Source of the DNA: Nitrospirota bacterium | GTDB lineage: Bacteria; Nitrospirota; UBA9217 | Reading direction: 5' to 3' | Assembly: GCA_963663225.1 (NCBI GenBank) | Contig: OY760142.1 | Span: 2,784,001-2,848,000 of the forward strand | DNA: 64,000 nucleotides | Shown here: in pieces, positions 41,529-53,099 of the stretch | Layout: the number at the start of each line of letters is the position of its first letter | How positions within the stretch are numbered: the stretch's first letter is position 1 | The notes under the pieces: generated by a model | Databases searched by the model: none | The model's input: the letters and a program-made list of their open reading frames with translations, nothing else | Told to the model about the DNA's origin: nothing | Translations under genes and position numbers: made by a program

Positions 41529-42371
41529 TTACGTTTTACATAGAAACGATCTGACTGCCTCTTCCCATTCCGGAATAGTAATATTCAGGAGTCCTGCAAT
41601 TTTTTTATTACTCATGGCGGAAAACAAAGGACGCTGTGCCGGAAGATGAAACATCTCCCTGGTTACCGGTTTGATGAACATGCTGATTCCGAGATTGTCC
41701 AGAATCGTTTTCGCCCACTCATATCGTGAGCAGTAGCCCGTGTTTGTCAGATGATAGATTCCGGTCATTCCGTTTTCAAGCGCTTTTAACGTGACATCGA
41801 CCACGGTTTCCGTGGAGGTCGGCACTGAGAACTCATCACAGGTGATTTTTAAATATGCGCTGGTTTTCGACCATTCCCTGACTTTGTGTACGAAATTTTG
41901 CGTTCCCTGTCCAAAAACCCAACTTAACCTCAGGACCAGGCTACGATCGAGCTCTTCCTGAACATACTGTTCTCCTGCGAGTTTACTTTTCCCATAGGTA
42001 TTTACCGGATTTACCGGATCGCTTTCAATGTACAGGCCGTTTTCTTTTGTGCCGTCGAAAACGTAGTCGGAGCTGAAATGCACCAGCATCGCTTTTCCTT
42101 TGGCGGCAGCACGAGCAAGATTTCGGGGACCGATCGCGTTTATCGAGAATGCCGCATCCTGCTCCTGCTCAGCCTTGTCCACCAAATTATACGCGGCGCA
42201 GTTGATGATAACATCCGGTTTATAGGAATCAATCGCTTCGGCAACGCAACCGATGTCCGTAATGTTGAGCAGCGACTCTTCAGGTGCGTTGAAGTCGAGA
42301 GAGCGTTCTTGAAATTCTTTGATAAATGTGCGGCCAAGCTGGCCGTTGCTGCCTGTGATAAGATATTTCAT
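41529..42371 (-). CDS. rfbD: dTDP-4-dehydrorhamnose reductase
   Basis: [25 protein letters not shown]. Confidence 0.95.
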   Translation of the reverse strand: MKYLITGSNGQLGRTFIKEFQERSLDFNAPEESLLNITDIGCVAEAIDSYKPDVIINCAAYNLVDKAEQEQDAAFSINAIGPRNLARAAAKGKAMLVHFSSDYVFDGTKENGLYIESDPVNPVNTYGKSKLAGEQYVQEELDRSLVLRLSWVFGQGTQNFVHKVREWSKTSAYLKITCDEFSVPTSTETVVDVTLKALENGMTGIYHLTNTGYCSRYEWAKTILDNLGISMFIKPVTREMFHLPAQRPLFSAMSNKKIAGLLNITIPEWEEAVRSFLCKT

Positions 42372-42934
42372 GCCGGTTTTGAAAAAATAAAATCGTTGTC
42401 TGCGGACCGAAGTGGCGGATTAATCCTGTCTTTTTCCGACAGGATTGGATCCGAAAGCGGCCATGCGACATTTACATTCTTGTCGTTCCAAATAATTCCC
42501 CGCTCATCTCTGGGAGAATATTCATCTGTACATTTATACATCACTTCAGCGGTTTCGCTCAAAACCTGAAAACCGTGTGCAAAACCGGGGGGAACGTATA
42601 ACATCTGCCTATTTTGTTCTGACAACTCGGCTGCGACCCACTTTCCAAAACAGGGTGATCCCTTGCGGATATCGACGGCAACATCGAAAATTCTGCCTTT
42701 GAGGCAAAGTACCAGTTTTCCCTGTGTTTTCGGACTTTTTTGATAGTGCAGGCCCCGCAGCACACCGCAGGCGGATTTTGAATAGTTGTCCTGCACCAGA
42801 TGCTCCTGAATACCGGCTTGCACGAAATCGGAATGTTTGTACAATTCAAGAAAAAAACCGCGGTCATCACCAAAGATCCGTGGCTGTATCAGGATGACTT
42901 CAGGAATTTCCAGGAGCCTGAATTCAAAGGGCAT
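42368..42934 (-). CDS. rfbC: dTDP-4-dehydrorhamnose 3,5-epimerase
   Basis: [23 protein letters not shown]. Confidence 0.96.
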   Translation of the reverse strand: MPFEFRLLEIPEVILIQPRIFGDDRGFFLELYKHSDFVQAGIQEHLVQDNYSKSACGVLRGLHYQKSPKTQGKLVLCLKGRIFDVAVDIRKGSPCFGKWVAAELSEQNRQMLYVPPGFAHGFQVLSETAEVMYKCTDEYSPRDERGIIWNDKNVNVAWPLSDPILSEKDRINPPLRSADNDFIFSKPA

Positions 42935-43817
42935 TCGGAACCTCTTGTTCTGCAACCATCTTCAGGTAATCACCGTATGCATTTTTTTTATGCTCGTCGG
43001 CCGCCTTGAGCAGTTTCTGCTTGTCAATATAGTTCAGCTTATACGCGATTTCTTCTATACAAGCCAGTTTCAGCCCCTGTCTTTTTTCGATTGTTGCGAT
43101 AAACTCCCCTGCTTCGAGCAGGCTCTCATGGGTCCCGGTATCAAGCCATGCGTATCCCCGGCCCATAAGCTCGACGCGGAGTTTTTTCCTCTCAAGATAA
43201 ACTTTATTTACATCGGTAATTTCCAGTTCACCGCGGGCGGAAGGCTTGATGTTTTTCGCAATACGAACGACCTCGTTGTCGTAAAAATAGAGGCCCGTCA
43301 CCGCGTATTTTGATTTTGGTTGTTGTGGCTTTTCTTCGATGGACAGTGCATTTCCTGCTTTATCAAACTCGACAATACCATATCGTTCAGGATCGTTCAC
43401 AAAATACCCGAATACGCTCGCCCCTCCCTGTGCGGTTACATCGGTTACGGCTTTTTTGAGCAGGTTTGTCAACCCATGGCCGAAGAAAATATTATCACCC
43501 AATACCAGAGAAACCGTATCCTGTCCGATAAAATCATCGCCAATGATGAACGCCTCCGCAAGGCCATTAGGCTGTGGTTGTTCTTTATAAAAAAAACGCA
43601 GTCCCAGATCCGTGCCGTTGCCGAAAATGTCTTTGAATCTGGGCAGGTCGGCCGGTGTGGAAATTATGAGGATGTCCCTGATGCCTGCCAGCATAAGGAC
43701 TGAAAGAGGATAGTAAATCATCGGTTTGTCATAAATCGGGAGGAGTTGCTTGCATACACTTCTCGTAATAGGATAAAGCCGGGTCCCGCTGCCGCCGGCC
43801 AGAATAATGCCTTTCAT
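42924..43817 (-). CDS. rfbA: Glucose-1-phosphate thymidylyltransferase
   Basis: [35 protein letters not shown]. Confidence 0.97.
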   Translation of the reverse strand: MKGIILAGGSGTRLYPITRSVCKQLLPIYDKPMIYYPLSVLMLAGIRDILIISTPADLPRFKDIFGNGTDLGLRFFYKEQPQPNGLAEAFIIGDDFIGQDTVSLVLGDNIFFGHGLTNLLKKAVTDVTAQGGASVFGYFVNDPERYGIVEFDKAGNALSIEEKPQQPKSKYAVTGLYFYDNEVVRIAKNIKPSARGELEITDVNKVYLERKKLRVELMGRGYAWLDTGTHESLLEAGEFIATIEKRQGLKLACIEEIAYKLNYIDKQKLLKAADEHKKNAYGDYLKMVAEQEVPNAL

Positions 43818-43873
43818 ACTGTTGCTCCTCTAGAAAAATTTGCATGCCTGTTGGAGGCTGTTTATAAAATCAA

Positions 43874-44869
43874 CTAACCAGCTAAAATTCTCTGTTTTAA
43901 TTCAGCAGGCTTCACAACTGCCGTACCTACAGTACCCACTACAATTCCCGCGGCATAGTTCGAAAGTATGGCAGCATCAACAGTGCCGGAGCCTGCGGCC
44001 ATCGCGAGGGTGAGCGCACTGATGACCGTATCACCAGCGCCTGTCACATCGAAAACTTTCTGCGCAACCGTCGGAATGTGAGTAATCTTCCCCCCTTGTT
44101 CAAAAAGGCTCATCCCCTGCTCACCGCGGGTAATCAGAACGGCCCTGCAGTTCAACCGCTGGAGTAGCAGCCTGCCTGCCGTAAGAAGCGATTCTTGATC
44201 GGTTATTTCCATCCGGGAACCGATGGATGCTTCGTTCACATTGGGAGTAAGAATGGTGACGCCGTTGTACATGCCGAAATGGCTTACTTTTGGATCTACG
44301 GATACGATTACGTTGCTCTTTCGTGCGAGTTTTACAATATCCTTAACGAGGTCCTTGGTAACAACCCCTTTGCAGTAATCGGACAGTACAAGAGCATCGA
44401 GACCCTCGGCTATCTGCTGTTTGACATAGTCGAATATGCGGCGATGGATGTCTTTTCCGATTTTTTCCTTTGTCTCGCGATCAAAACGGACCACCTGCTG
44501 GCTGTGAGCAATAATACGGGTTTTTATGGTGGTCGGTCTGTCCGGGGAGGTGATCAAACCGTCTGTAGTGATGCCTTGCGACCGAAGCAGATGCAAAAGC
44601 TGTTTTCCCGCATCATCATGCCCGATTACACCGCAGATGCGCACAATGCCGCCGAGGCTGTGAATATTGTTGACTACGTTGGCGGCGCCGCCCAACAGTA
44701 AATTTTCTTTGGTGACATTTACGACCGGAACCGGCGCCTCCGGCGATATCCGGGAGACTTTTCCCCAGATATAGTGGTCCAGCACAATGTCTCCAACTAC
44801 CAGGGTGCGGGTATTGGGAAAAAGGTCAATATATTTATTAAGGCGTTTCCTTGTATTCGTTAAGGTCAT
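43874..44869 (-). CDS. rfaE1: D-glycero-beta-D-manno-heptose-7-phosphate kinase (HldE kinase domain)
   Basis: SRISPEAPVPVV, GGAANV, DVTGAGDTV. Confidence 0.93.
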   Translation of the reverse strand: MTLTNTRKRLNKYIDLFPNTRTLVVGDIVLDHYIWGKVSRISPEAPVPVVNVTKENLLLGGAANVVNNIHSLGGIVRICGVIGHDDAGKQLLHLLRSQGITTDGLITSPDRPTTIKTRIIAHSQQVVRFDRETKEKIGKDIHRRIFDYVKQQIAEGLDALVLSDYCKGVVTKDLVKDIVKLARKSNVIVSVDPKVSHFGMYNGVTILTPNVNEASIGSRMEITDQESLLTAGRLLLQRLNCRAVLITRGEQGMSLFEQGGKITHIPTVAQKVFDVTGAGDTVISALTLAMAAGSGTVDAAILSNYAAGIVVGTVGTAVVKPAELKQRILAG

Positions 44870-44871
44870 GG

Positions 44872-45660
44872 TTATTCTTTTCCTGTTTCAATTTTGGTTA
44901 GAGTAGCGACGATCGAGCCTAATGTTATCGTGCTTTTCATTAGCACGGGTATTTTTTTGTCATCATCTGTTATCCAAATAAAAATTTCCCCTTTATTCAT
45001 GAATACACCTTCGTATTTGGGGTAGGTCTTGACTTTGATGGTATCAAACTCACCGGCTGGTGTTTTGATCCGTTCCCTGCCGAGCGTATATATTTCAACC
45101 GACCAGGTTTTTCCGCTGTCAAACACATCAACGATGATGGGTTTCTCGAGCAAAAAATCATGACGTGATCGCACGTAATAGAGAGAGGACAATGCATCTT
45201 GTATGCCCGTGGGAATGCTGTATGTTTCCGGTGGATCGTCATTCAGCCTGAAGAGGGCTGTTTTATTATCATGATCGAAAGCAATGGTCCGTTTTCTTTT
45301 TTTGCCGCCGTGGCTTTCCCTCAGGTTAAACGAAAAACTATACAGTTCGTGTGCATCGACCAAGCTTTCTACGACATCCCGAATTGGAAAAAACTGTTCA
45401 AGCACCCCCACAGAATGTGTCGAGGCGACAAACTGATATGCCTTTCTGCCATCCGCTGTCGTGGTGTTTTTCACCTCCATGACGGCGATGCCGGCATCAA
45501 TAATTTTTGACCAGCTGATAACATAGGTAAGCTTTTCTCCCCTGGCAAAAGCGTGGTTTAAAATCTTATCTTTCTTTGAGAGGTGCTGTGATGGTGAAGC
45601 GGATGCGATTTGAACGCAGGATAACACAATACACACAAATAGTAATCGCTTCAACCACAT
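44872..45660 (-). CDS. DUF3108 family exported protein
   Basis: Signal peptide; GEKLTY, DALSSLYYVR, TPAGEFDT, WITDDDKKIPV. Confidence 0.8.
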   Translation of the reverse strand: MWLKRLLFVCIVLSCVQIASASPSQHLSKKDKILNHAFARGEKLTYVISWSKIIDAGIAVMEVKNTTTADGRKAYQFVASTHSVGVLEQFFPIRDVVESLVDAHELYSFSFNLRESHGGKKRKRTIAFDHDNKTALFRLNDDPPETYSIPTGIQDALSSLYYVRSRHDFLLEKPIIVDVFDSGKTWSVEIYTLGRERIKTPAGEFDTIKVKTYPKYEGVFMNKGEIFIWITDDDKKIPVLMKSTITLGSIVATLTKIETGKE

Positions 45661-46658
45661 GAGATTGCCTTTTGGACCGCTTGATACACCTCATCAACAG
45701 AAATTTCAGCCATGCATGCCCTGGTTCCCAGAGGGCATTCTTTTTCTTCACAAGGTATGCAGGAAAGATTTTTTATCAAAACTTGATGCCCTTGTCCGAT
45801 TGGTCCCGTACGTCGGGGATCGGTCGAGCCGTACAACCCAACCACAGGGGTACCGACCGCCGTGGCCAGATGCAAGGGGCCGGTATCAGAACTCACGAGA
45901 CAGTCGCACCGTGCTAAAAGTGCCGCAGAGTGGGTGATTGAAAGTTCTCCTGCAGCAGATACCGCTTTTCCTTTCATGAAAGAAAGTACTTTTTCTACCA
46001 GATCACGATCTTCCGCACCGCCGATATAAACAACGTTTACACCAAGCCGGCTGATCAGACAATCAGCAAGGGCCGCGAAACGATCCGGAAACCAGTTTCT
46101 CGCCGGGCGGGCCGCCCCTACACTGCAATTCAATGCAATCAGCGGTTTCGATGCATCAATTTCTCGTTTGTTTAAAAAAAGTTCAACCAGTGCTGCAGCT
46201 CCAGCTTGTATCGGCAGTTCGATGCGCTCAACAGGGTCGTGAATTCCAAGCGGAGACAACACGTGCATGAAATTTTCTGTCGCGTGCAGGCGTTTATTTC
46301 TTGAGTTGAATTTTTTCTGTTTTTTGTAGGCGAGTACCATCTTTGCATTGCAGAAGCGCCGCAGCAATAATGAGCGCAGGGATGACTGCATATCGAGAAA
46401 TAAATCGTAATGCTCAATCCTGTATCCTGCCATGATAGTCAGAAGACTTCTGAAATCTTTTTTTATTTTCGTTTTATCGAATAGTTGAACGCTGTCAGCA
46501 AGAGATGTTCCCTGAATGAGTTGTTCTAATCCCGGTGAGACCACAACAGTGATATGTGCAGCAGGATATTTTTTTTTTAACGATTTCAAAGCAGGAAGCG
46601 TATGCAGAAAATCTCCGATGGCGCCCGGTTTGAAAAAAAGTATTTTCTTTATTTCCAT
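45651..46658 (-). CDS. Glycosyltransferase family 9 (LPS heptosyltransferase-like)
   Basis: AIGDFLHTLP, SSDTGPLHLATAVG, GSTDP. Confidence 0.92.
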   Translation of the reverse strand: MEIKKILFFKPGAIGDFLHTLPALKSLKKKYPAAHITVVVSPGLEQLIQGTSLADSVQLFDKTKIKKDFRSLLTIMAGYRIEHYDLFLDMQSSLRSLLLRRFCNAKMVLAYKKQKKFNSRNKRLHATENFMHVLSPLGIHDPVERIELPIQAGAAALVELFLNKREIDASKPLIALNCSVGAARPARNWFPDRFAALADCLISRLGVNVVYIGGAEDRDLVEKVLSFMKGKAVSAAGELSITHSAALLARCDCLVSSDTGPLHLATAVGTPVVGLYGSTDPRRTGPIGQGHQVLIKNLSCIPCEEKECPLGTRACMAEISVDEVYQAVQKAISCG

Positions 46659-46905
46659 TTCGCGGTCATTATATGTTAATGTCTTGAATTTGTAAAGATA
46701 TTTTTCAGAAATACACTGTACAAAGGATTATTTGATGTTGCGATTTAGAGAATGTTTGAAAAGAATGAGGAAAAATAGTTCATAAAAAGAGCGCGTTTAT
46801 TTTGAAATAACAGTATCTCTATAGACCTGCCGCGTCAGCAACAAAGACATTTCTCTTGACAAAAAATTGTGATTATATATTATTCAATACGAACAAACGT
46901 TTCAT

Positions 46906-46994
46906 GCCGCTGTGGCGGAATTGGCAGACGCAAGGGACTTAAAATCCCTCGCTGGGCAACTGGCGTACCGGTTCGATTCCGGTCAGCGGCACCA
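46906..46994 (+). tRNA. tRNA-Leu(TAA)
   Basis: Anticodon arm AGGGA-CTTAAAA-TCCCT; long variable arm; CCA end; TTGACA promoter at 46856. Confidence 0.97.
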
Positions 46995-47054
46995 CTTTTC
47001 AAGCACTAATTACTCAACCCTTATCCTGCAATTCACCGAAAAAATCACGTTTTT

Positions 47055-47825
47055 TTAAGAAACAGATCTACACCATGGTGAAAGATTGGAACAAAACTGC
47101 GGTACAAAAGTATCATATTCTCCTGTAAAGTTACCGCACTGCAGTAAAACAGCTTTAAGCAATGATGCACTATGCCCTAACTGCACATAAGCCTCTTCTT
47201 TTGTCATATTTCTGTTCTCAGCCTTAATCTTTAAGCCGAGTTGACGTGATGAATTCGCGATCCTTGCTATTTCATAGGGTAATTCCGTCCAAAAGTTCTC
47301 TTTGCTTAGTTTAATTTCATACATATTCCTTTCGATTTTTTTGAGGTTATCCAATATTCCAGCGTCTACAATTCCGTCATTGGCAGAGTGATACGTTCTG
47401 TTAAAATCATCGAAGGGCATATTATGCAGTGGTTGAGATAAATCTCCTATATAGTGGACAGCAAAGGCCATATTGTACGCAGCATATTTATCAGAAACTT
47501 TCCGTTTATCCAGATAATCTTTTAGGGCAGCTATAATCGCTCCATACAAATGGCCCTCGTTGTCAGTGGGACTGTTATACGCCTTAACCTGGCTAAGAAC
47601 TATTTTGTCAGTAACGGTCCCATTCTCATAATTGTTAAAATAATGGTTTTTCTCTTCTATGGCACCCGCTTTGTTTTTAGTAATGTCTGCACCGGCAGCA
47701 TTGTACCAACATCCGTAACCGGCAGCTTTTGCGATAGCTATATGGGTTTTATCATGCCAGGCATAAGCATGAGAGGATATAAGAAAAGTTGAAAAAGCTA
47801 TAACAAGAAAGATAAGCCTATTCAT
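47055..47825 (-). CDS. Secreted S1/P1 nuclease / Zn-dependent phospholipase C superfamily protein
   Basis: Signal peptide ending AYA, mature N-terminal W-x4-H (WHDKTH), HYF, HYIGDLSQPLH, YHSAND zinc ligands. Confidence 0.8.
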   Translation of the reverse strand: MNRLIFLVIAFSTFLISSHAYAWHDKTHIAIAKAAGYGCWYNAAGADITKNKAGAIEEKNHYFNNYENGTVTDKIVLSQVKAYNSPTDNEGHLYGAIIAALKDYLDKRKVSDKYAAYNMAFAVHYIGDLSQPLHNMPFDDFNRTYHSANDGIVDAGILDNLKKIERNMYEIKLSKENFWTELPYEIARIANSSRQLGLKIKAENRNMTKEEAYVQLGHSASLLKAVLLQCGNFTGEYDTFVPQFCSNLSPWCRSVS

Positions 47826-47922
47826 AGATTCCTTTCGATATATAAAATTAAATTATTTAATTTAGCCGTTGCAGTTGTTTGAATTGCTTTAGTGTGAGCA
47901 TTGCGCTCTATGGTATCGAGCA

Positions 47923-48615
47923 TTAATCTCCTGTCGGAGAAATTTCAAAGTCAACAAGGTTTTCCAACTTCGACAATGCCTGTGATAACAGAGATAGATT
48001 TTTCTCTTTTCGAGTTCGAATCGTCATTTGATATTCAAAATATTTTCCTTCTCCGGTAATCGAATAGCTGATGTTGGCGATAGAGAAACCATGCCGAATA
48101 ATAAGATCCTTCAATTCTGACTCTGGCGTCACTTTTTCGCGATAAAAACGAAGTGTATGATGAGCCAGAATCTGGCTGGGCATTTTAGCTTCTATCCATC
48201 GAAACACAGAAAGAATCCCAAGTGTGAGGATTGTCACTATTATTACGGCATTGAAGAAGCCGACTCCTGCCAAAATTCCGATAGATGCGGTGATCCATAT
48301 AGAAGCTGCTGTTGTTAGCCCCCGTACTGATAACCCTTCTTTCATAATAACGCCGGCACCCAGGAAACCGATTCCGGTCATGATCCCTTGAGCCATTCGT
48401 GTAGGATCAATCCTGACAGTTTCTACTACACTGCCGGCAAACCAATGGCGCTCATAAATCGCTACAAGCATTAAGATACTAGAAGCTAAACAAACAAGTG
48501 TATGCGTTCGAAATCCTGCAGGACGTCCGTGGAAACTGCGCTCCAGCCCTATCAATCCTCCCGCGATTGTAGCTACAATCAGATTCCCAAGCGCACCAAG
48601 AGTTTCAGCGTTCAT
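47923..48615 (-). CDS. MgtC/SapB family membrane protein
   Basis: IGLER...PAGFRTH, GIGFLGAGVI, GLTTAASIW; C-terminal ACT-like domain. Confidence 0.93.
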   Translation of the reverse strand: MNAETLGALGNLIVATIAGGLIGLERSFHGRPAGFRTHTLVCLASSILMLVAIYERHWFAGSVVETVRIDPTRMAQGIMTGIGFLGAGVIMKEGLSVRGLTTAASIWITASIGILAGVGFFNAVIIVTILTLGILSVFRWIEAKMPSQILAHHTLRFYREKVTPESELKDLIIRHGFSIANISYSITGEGKYFEYQMTIRTRKEKNLSLLSQALSKLENLVDFEISPTGD

Positions 48616-48797
48616 AGCCTGTTTCTCCTCCTGTTCATAGTCTGCTAATTGAAAAAATTTTTTTTTATTTAATTATATAAAAACAAGGTTTTTAAGTATT
48701 TAGTCGCACGCCTGGCTCAGGCTTAGTTTTTCCGCCAAAAGCTTTTGTTTTATTTATAATTAACTGCAAAAAGTCTACTCTTCCTTATTCAAAAAGT

Positions 48798-48826
48798 AAA
48801 GCCCTGGGTTTCCCCAAGGGCTTTTA
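48798..48826. terminator. Terminator-like hairpin downstream of tartrate dehydrogenase
   Basis: AAAGCCCT-GGG...CCC-A-AGGGCTTT flanked by A and T runs. Confidence 0.55.
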
Positions 48827-48967
48827 AAATTGTTGAGCTCATATACACGCGTGAAATTATCTAAGCGGGATGTGCCCGGCTAGCAGCAGTTGAAAAAAAC
48901 AGCAATTGCAGACTGTGGCACAGGAGAACTGAAATTTTCGAAAAATGGAACCGTATGCGTATCACGA

Positions 48968-50041
48968 CTATTTAGCCAATACGCGCATCTTTGCAATAAT
49001 CGCGGACGTTACTTCCATCGTTTTTGCTGTGCCGCCCAAATCCGGCGTTAATATACGGCCCTCCGCAGTCACGGCCCTGATCGCAGAATCGATTAATTTT
49101 GCGGCTTGCTTGTGGCCGAGGAAATCGAGCATCATCGAACCGCACCAAATCATTGCGACCGGATTTGCGATGCCCTTTCCGACGATATCGGGGGCTGAAC
49201 CGTGAACCGGTTCGAACATCGACGGATAGTCACGTTCAGGATTAATGTTTCCACTCGGGGCAATGCCCATGCTCCCGCTGATCGCCGCCGCGATATCGGT
49301 AAGAATATCACCGTGTAGATTCGTTGCAACAATTACATCGAGTGATTCAGGCCGTAAAATACACCGTGCCGAAAGCGCGTCAATCAATACCCGTTCAACG
49401 GACACATCCGGAAATTCCTTGCCCACCTCCCTCACTATTTCATCCCAAAAGGTTAATGAATGTTGCTGTGCGTTTGACTTGGTCGCGCTGACCAGCTTTT
49501 TACCCCGGCTTTGCGCAAGCTTGTATGAGTACCGCACGACCCGCTCTACGCCGACGCGCGTAAATATTGACGTTTCGACTGCAACCTCAATCGGCAAGCC
49601 ATGATGCCCCCGCCCTCCCGCACCGGTATACTCGCCTTCCGTATTTTCCCGGATAACTATGAAGTTGAAATCTCCCGCTTTTTTACCGGCGAGCGGCGTT
49701 TTGATCCCCGGAAGCAACTCACAGGGGCGATAGCAGACATACTGTTCAAACCCCTGACAGATCGGTATCCTCAAACCGCGCAAAGAAATGTGATCAGGCA
49801 CGGTAGGAAAGCCGACCGCACCGAAATAAATCGCATCAAACGGTTTGAGGATTTTGAGAGCATCTTCTTCCATCATCCTGCCGTGTTTGAGATAATAATT
49901 ACAACCGTATGGGAAATACTCGTAGGTAAATTTATATTCCCCTGTCAATTCAGCAGCAGCATCTAACACTTGTACACCTTCAGGCGTGATTTCTTCGCCA
50001 ATTCCATCACCAGGAATAACTGCAATGTTGTGGTATTTCAT
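48968..50041 (-). CDS. Tartrate dehydrogenase/decarboxylase (D-malate dehydrogenase; TtuC/DmlA family)
   Basis: [39 protein letters not shown]; adjacent to tartrate genes. Confidence 0.9.
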   Translation of the reverse strand: MKYHNIAVIPGDGIGEEITPEGVQVLDAAAELTGEYKFTYEYFPYGCNYYLKHGRMMEEDALKILKPFDAIYFGAVGFPTVPDHISLRGLRIPICQGFEQYVCYRPCELLPGIKTPLAGKKAGDFNFIVIRENTEGEYTGAGGRGHHGLPIEVAVETSIFTRVGVERVVRYSYKLAQSRGKKLVSATKSNAQQHSLTFWDEIVREVGKEFPDVSVERVLIDALSARCILRPESLDVIVATNLHGDILTDIAAAISGSMGIAPSGNINPERDYPSMFEPVHGSAPDIVGKGIANPVAMIWCGSMMLDFLGHKQAAKLIDSAIRAVTAEGRILTPDLGGTAKTMEVTSAIIAKMRVLAK

Positions 50042-50285
50042 ATGCACCTCCTATTGTAATATAACCTAAAATTTCGGCAAGATCGGGCTTACCGTTTTAT
50101 TCATGAGTAGATTTTAGGACAAGTTCTATTGCTCATACAGGATGCTTGATAACGGAAGCACTTGTAGAAAGATCATTTTGAGAATAAACCAAGTTTTCGG
50201 AACTCTCCTTATTTAAGAGAATTTTACAAAGCCAATCGAATTAGTCCCACCAACCAATAAAGAAGTGCAGGCATTACAATATATT

Positions 50286-50325
50286 AAAAAAAATTCATCT
50301 CTCTACCGGGTAAAGAGAGATGAAT
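50286..50325 (-). terminator. Rho-independent terminator after mdh
   Basis: Minus strand ATTCATCTCTCT-loop-AGAGAGATGAAT followed by a T-run. Confidence 0.7.
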
Positions 50326-50478
50326 AGGAAATAAAAGCAGTCTGTACCGGGGTAATTTTAGAAATTCATTATTTCACACCTCGATGCTTATCGATATAAA
50401 ACATATTAACTGTCAATTGGGCAAATCACCACTATGTCTAGCATGTATTAAACGGTTTTTTAATTTTAATGATAACAT

Positions 50479-51450
50479 TTAATTCACAGTATATCCAGTC
50501 GTCAAGGACTCTGCATTTGCATTATCGTTCTTCAGTTTCTCAAGAAGAAAACGTGTTGCATCGACTGACTTTGAAAAATCGGTTTTTTCTATTTCATTCA
50601 GCTTAAATTCGACAATCTTTTCCACACCGTTCCTGCCTAATACTACCGGCACGCCAATGTATATGTCGTGCATTCCGTATTCCCCTTCAAGATATGCTGC
50701 GCAGGACAATAGCCTTTTTTCATCACTCACGATAGCTTTGATCATATGAAAAATTGCTGCAGCCGGTGCATAATATGCACTCCCGCTTTTAAGCAACGAG
50801 ACTATTTCCCCCCCCCCATCCCTTGTCCGCTGGACAAGCGCGTCGATCCGTTCCTTTGGAAACAGCTCCGTAACAGGAACGCCTTTTACAGTCGTGAACC
50901 TGGGCATGGGGACCATCTGGTCTCCGTGACCACCCATTACCAGTGCCTCTACATCTCGTGGCGATACACCCGCTTCCCAGGCTACAAAAGTTCTGAATCT
51001 CGAAGAATCCAATATTCCACCCATGCCGACAACCCGCTTTTTGTCGAATCCTGAAACTTTCAAACTCAATTGAGTCATGACGTCCACTGGATTTGTTACT
51101 ATTATGATAATTGCACTGGGAGAAAGGATAGAAGCTTTCCCAACTGCCTCTGAAACGACTTTTGCATTTGCCACCAAGAGGTCTTCCCTCGTCATACCGG
51201 GTTGTCTCGGAAAGCCTGCCGTCACCACGAGGATGTCAGATCCAGCTGTATCCCCAAAATCGTTTGTTCCTATAACAGAAGATGAAGATATCCATAAAGG
51301 TGCGGCTTCTACTATGTCGAGCGCTTTACCTTGTGGCACTCCAGCGACAACATCATAAAGAACAACGTCAGATAGTTCGGCCTGCACCATCAGAAACGCA
51401 AGAGTTGATCCTACGTTGCCTGCACCAATAATAGATATTTTCATTTTCAT
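50479..51450 (-). CDS. mdh: Malate dehydrogenase (LDH-like)
   Basis: IIGAGNVG, AGFPRQPGMTREDL, VTNPVD, GGHGD, RTRDGGGEIV. Confidence 0.93.
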   Translation of the reverse strand: MKMKISIIGAGNVGSTLAFLMVQAELSDVVLYDVVAGVPQGKALDIVEAAPLWISSSSVIGTNDFGDTAGSDILVVTAGFPRQPGMTREDLLVANAKVVSEAVGKASILSPSAIIIIVTNPVDVMTQLSLKVSGFDKKRVVGMGGILDSSRFRTFVAWEAGVSPRDVEALVMGGHGDQMVPMPRFTTVKGVPVTELFPKERIDALVQRTRDGGGEIVSLLKSGSAYYAPAAAIFHMIKAIVSDEKRLLSCAAYLEGEYGMHDIYIGVPVVLGRNGVEKIVEFKLNEIEKTDFSKSVDATRFLLEKLKNDNANAESLTTGYTVN

Positions 51451-51567
51451 TTTTAATCCTCTAAAAGGTGCCGATTTCAGCTAATGACAAACCTAAATCA
51501 TTTAATTTTAGGTGGTATCGTGGTGCTGCTATTGCTTATATTTACCCCTGAGGTATTCTCTTTTTCT

Positions 51568-52173
51568 TTATCTAATAAAGCGTACCTGCTGGTTAATTTC
51601 TTTGACTATAGGAGCTTTTCGGGCATTGAAGGCAATCTTGTTTTTCTCGAACAAATTGTTTCCTTTCGTGTCTATTGAGATGATCAGCGGACCAAACTCC
51701 TTGACCCGGCTTACCCACATTGCCTCCGGCATTCCAAGTTCAAGCCATTCAACCCGTTCTATCTCTTCTACTTCGCTAGCTGCCAGCACCGCACAGCCGC
51801 CTGGAAAGACAGCGTGTATCGCTTTATATTTTTTGCAACCTTCCTCTGTATTCGGCCCCATGCCCCCTTTACCGATAATAAGTTTAACACCGGTCTGTTT
51901 GATAAACTCCTGCTCATGCACTTCCATGCGCATACTGGTTGTGGGGCCAATGGAGATCATCTGCCACCCTCCGCCATTCTTTGCCACAATAGGCCCGGCG
52001 TGAAAAATCGCCAGCCCTTCCAGATCAACCGGGAGTTCCCGTCCCTGGTCAACCAGCCTGCGGTGGGGCATATCGCGACAGGTTATCAGATAGCCGTTTA
52101 GATAAACAATGTCTCCTACAGACAGGTTTTCTATGTCTTCGTTTTTAATAGGAGTGGTAAGTATCTTTTTCAT
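51568..52173 (-). CDS. ttdB: L(+)-tartrate dehydratase beta subunit
   Basis: [43 protein letters not shown]. Confidence 0.93.
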   Translation of the reverse strand: MKKILTTPIKNEDIENLSVGDIVYLNGYLITCRDMPHRRLVDQGRELPVDLEGLAIFHAGPIVAKNGGGWQMISIGPTTSMRMEVHEQEFIKQTGVKLIIGKGGMGPNTEEGCKKYKAIHAVFPGGCAVLAASEVEEIERVEWLELGMPEAMWVSRVKEFGPLIISIDTKGNNLFEKNKIAFNARKAPIVKEINQQVRFIR

Positions 52174-53069
52174 ATCACAGCCCCTTTATGGGAAAGGATT
52201 TCATACGACAAATCATCATTGATCTGGATCGTTCCGCGCCGGTGCGACCAACAACCGATTGAAATCGCGATGCTGATCGTAGACGGATGCCGTGCGGCTG
52301 ATTCAATATGCACACCCATAACTGAATTCGTACCCGACATCCCCTGCGGTCCCAGACCAATCTTATTCAAACCCTTTTCCAGCAGCACCTCCATCTCTGC
52401 GCCCCGGGGGTGATGATGACGAGAACCTATAGGACGGAAAAGAGCCCGTTTAGACAGATTGGTAGCCACATCAATTGAACCGCCGATGCCGACACCGACC
52501 AAGAGAGGCGGACAGGCATTCACGCCGTAGGACGTCATCACATCAAAAATATACTCAACAATTCCTTCATAACCCGCGGCGGGCATGAGCGTCTTCCCTT
52601 GTCCCGGCAGACTGCAGCCGCCACCGGCCATGTAGACCTCAATTTCAATACTTGAACTTTCCGGAATGATATTCCAGTCAATCCAGGGAATTCTTTCACC
52701 GGTATTGGTGCCGGTGTTTTTTTCTTCAAAAACCTCCACTGCGTTGTGACGAAGCGGTGCGGTTTGCGTTGCCGTATAAGCTGCGTCTGTCAAAATTTGC
52801 CTGATATTTGCAAGCAAAGGAAATCTGGATCCGACTTTGATGTAATATTGGATCACACCGGTATCCTGACAGCAGGGACGATTCAGATCAGCCGCCTTCG
52901 CTAAGTTTTCGAACATCGATTCATACACAACTTTAGCCAGCGGACTGCCTTCAGAGTCACGCAGCTCCCGCAGCTTTGTCATGATGTCATCAGGAAGATA
53001 TTTCCCGGCATAATCCGTAAATCTGGCCACGATACTCGTCATTTTCTTAATTGTTTGCTGGTCTTCCAT
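52170..53069 (-). CDS. ttdA: L(+)-tartrate dehydratase alpha subunit
   Basis: [38 protein letters not shown]. Confidence 0.93.
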   Translation of the reverse strand: MEDQQTIKKMTSIVARFTDYAGKYLPDDIMTKLRELRDSEGSPLAKVVYESMFENLAKAADLNRPCCQDTGVIQYYIKVGSRFPLLANIRQILTDAAYTATQTAPLRHNAVEVFEEKNTGTNTGERIPWIDWNIIPESSSIEIEVYMAGGGCSLPGQGKTLMPAAGYEGIVEYIFDVMTSYGVNACPPLLVGVGIGGSIDVATNLSKRALFRPIGSRHHHPRGAEMEVLLEKGLNKIGLGPQGMSGTNSVMGVHIESAARHPSTISIAISIGCWSHRRGTIQINDDLSYEILSHKGAVI

Positions 53070-53099
53070 GCTAATCTCCTGTCAATAGATCAGAAAGCC

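Noticed and set aside
31102-46658. Envelope gene block as a novel system
   Set aside because: It is an ordinary set of Kdo, lipid A, dTDP-rhamnose, UDP-xylose and heptose genes with intact frames.
48616-48800. Mg2+ (M-box) riboswitch or leader peptide upstream of the MgtC gene
   Set aside because: The region is AT-rich and I could not recognise a conserved aptamer or leader ORF. An Rfam scan would be decisive.
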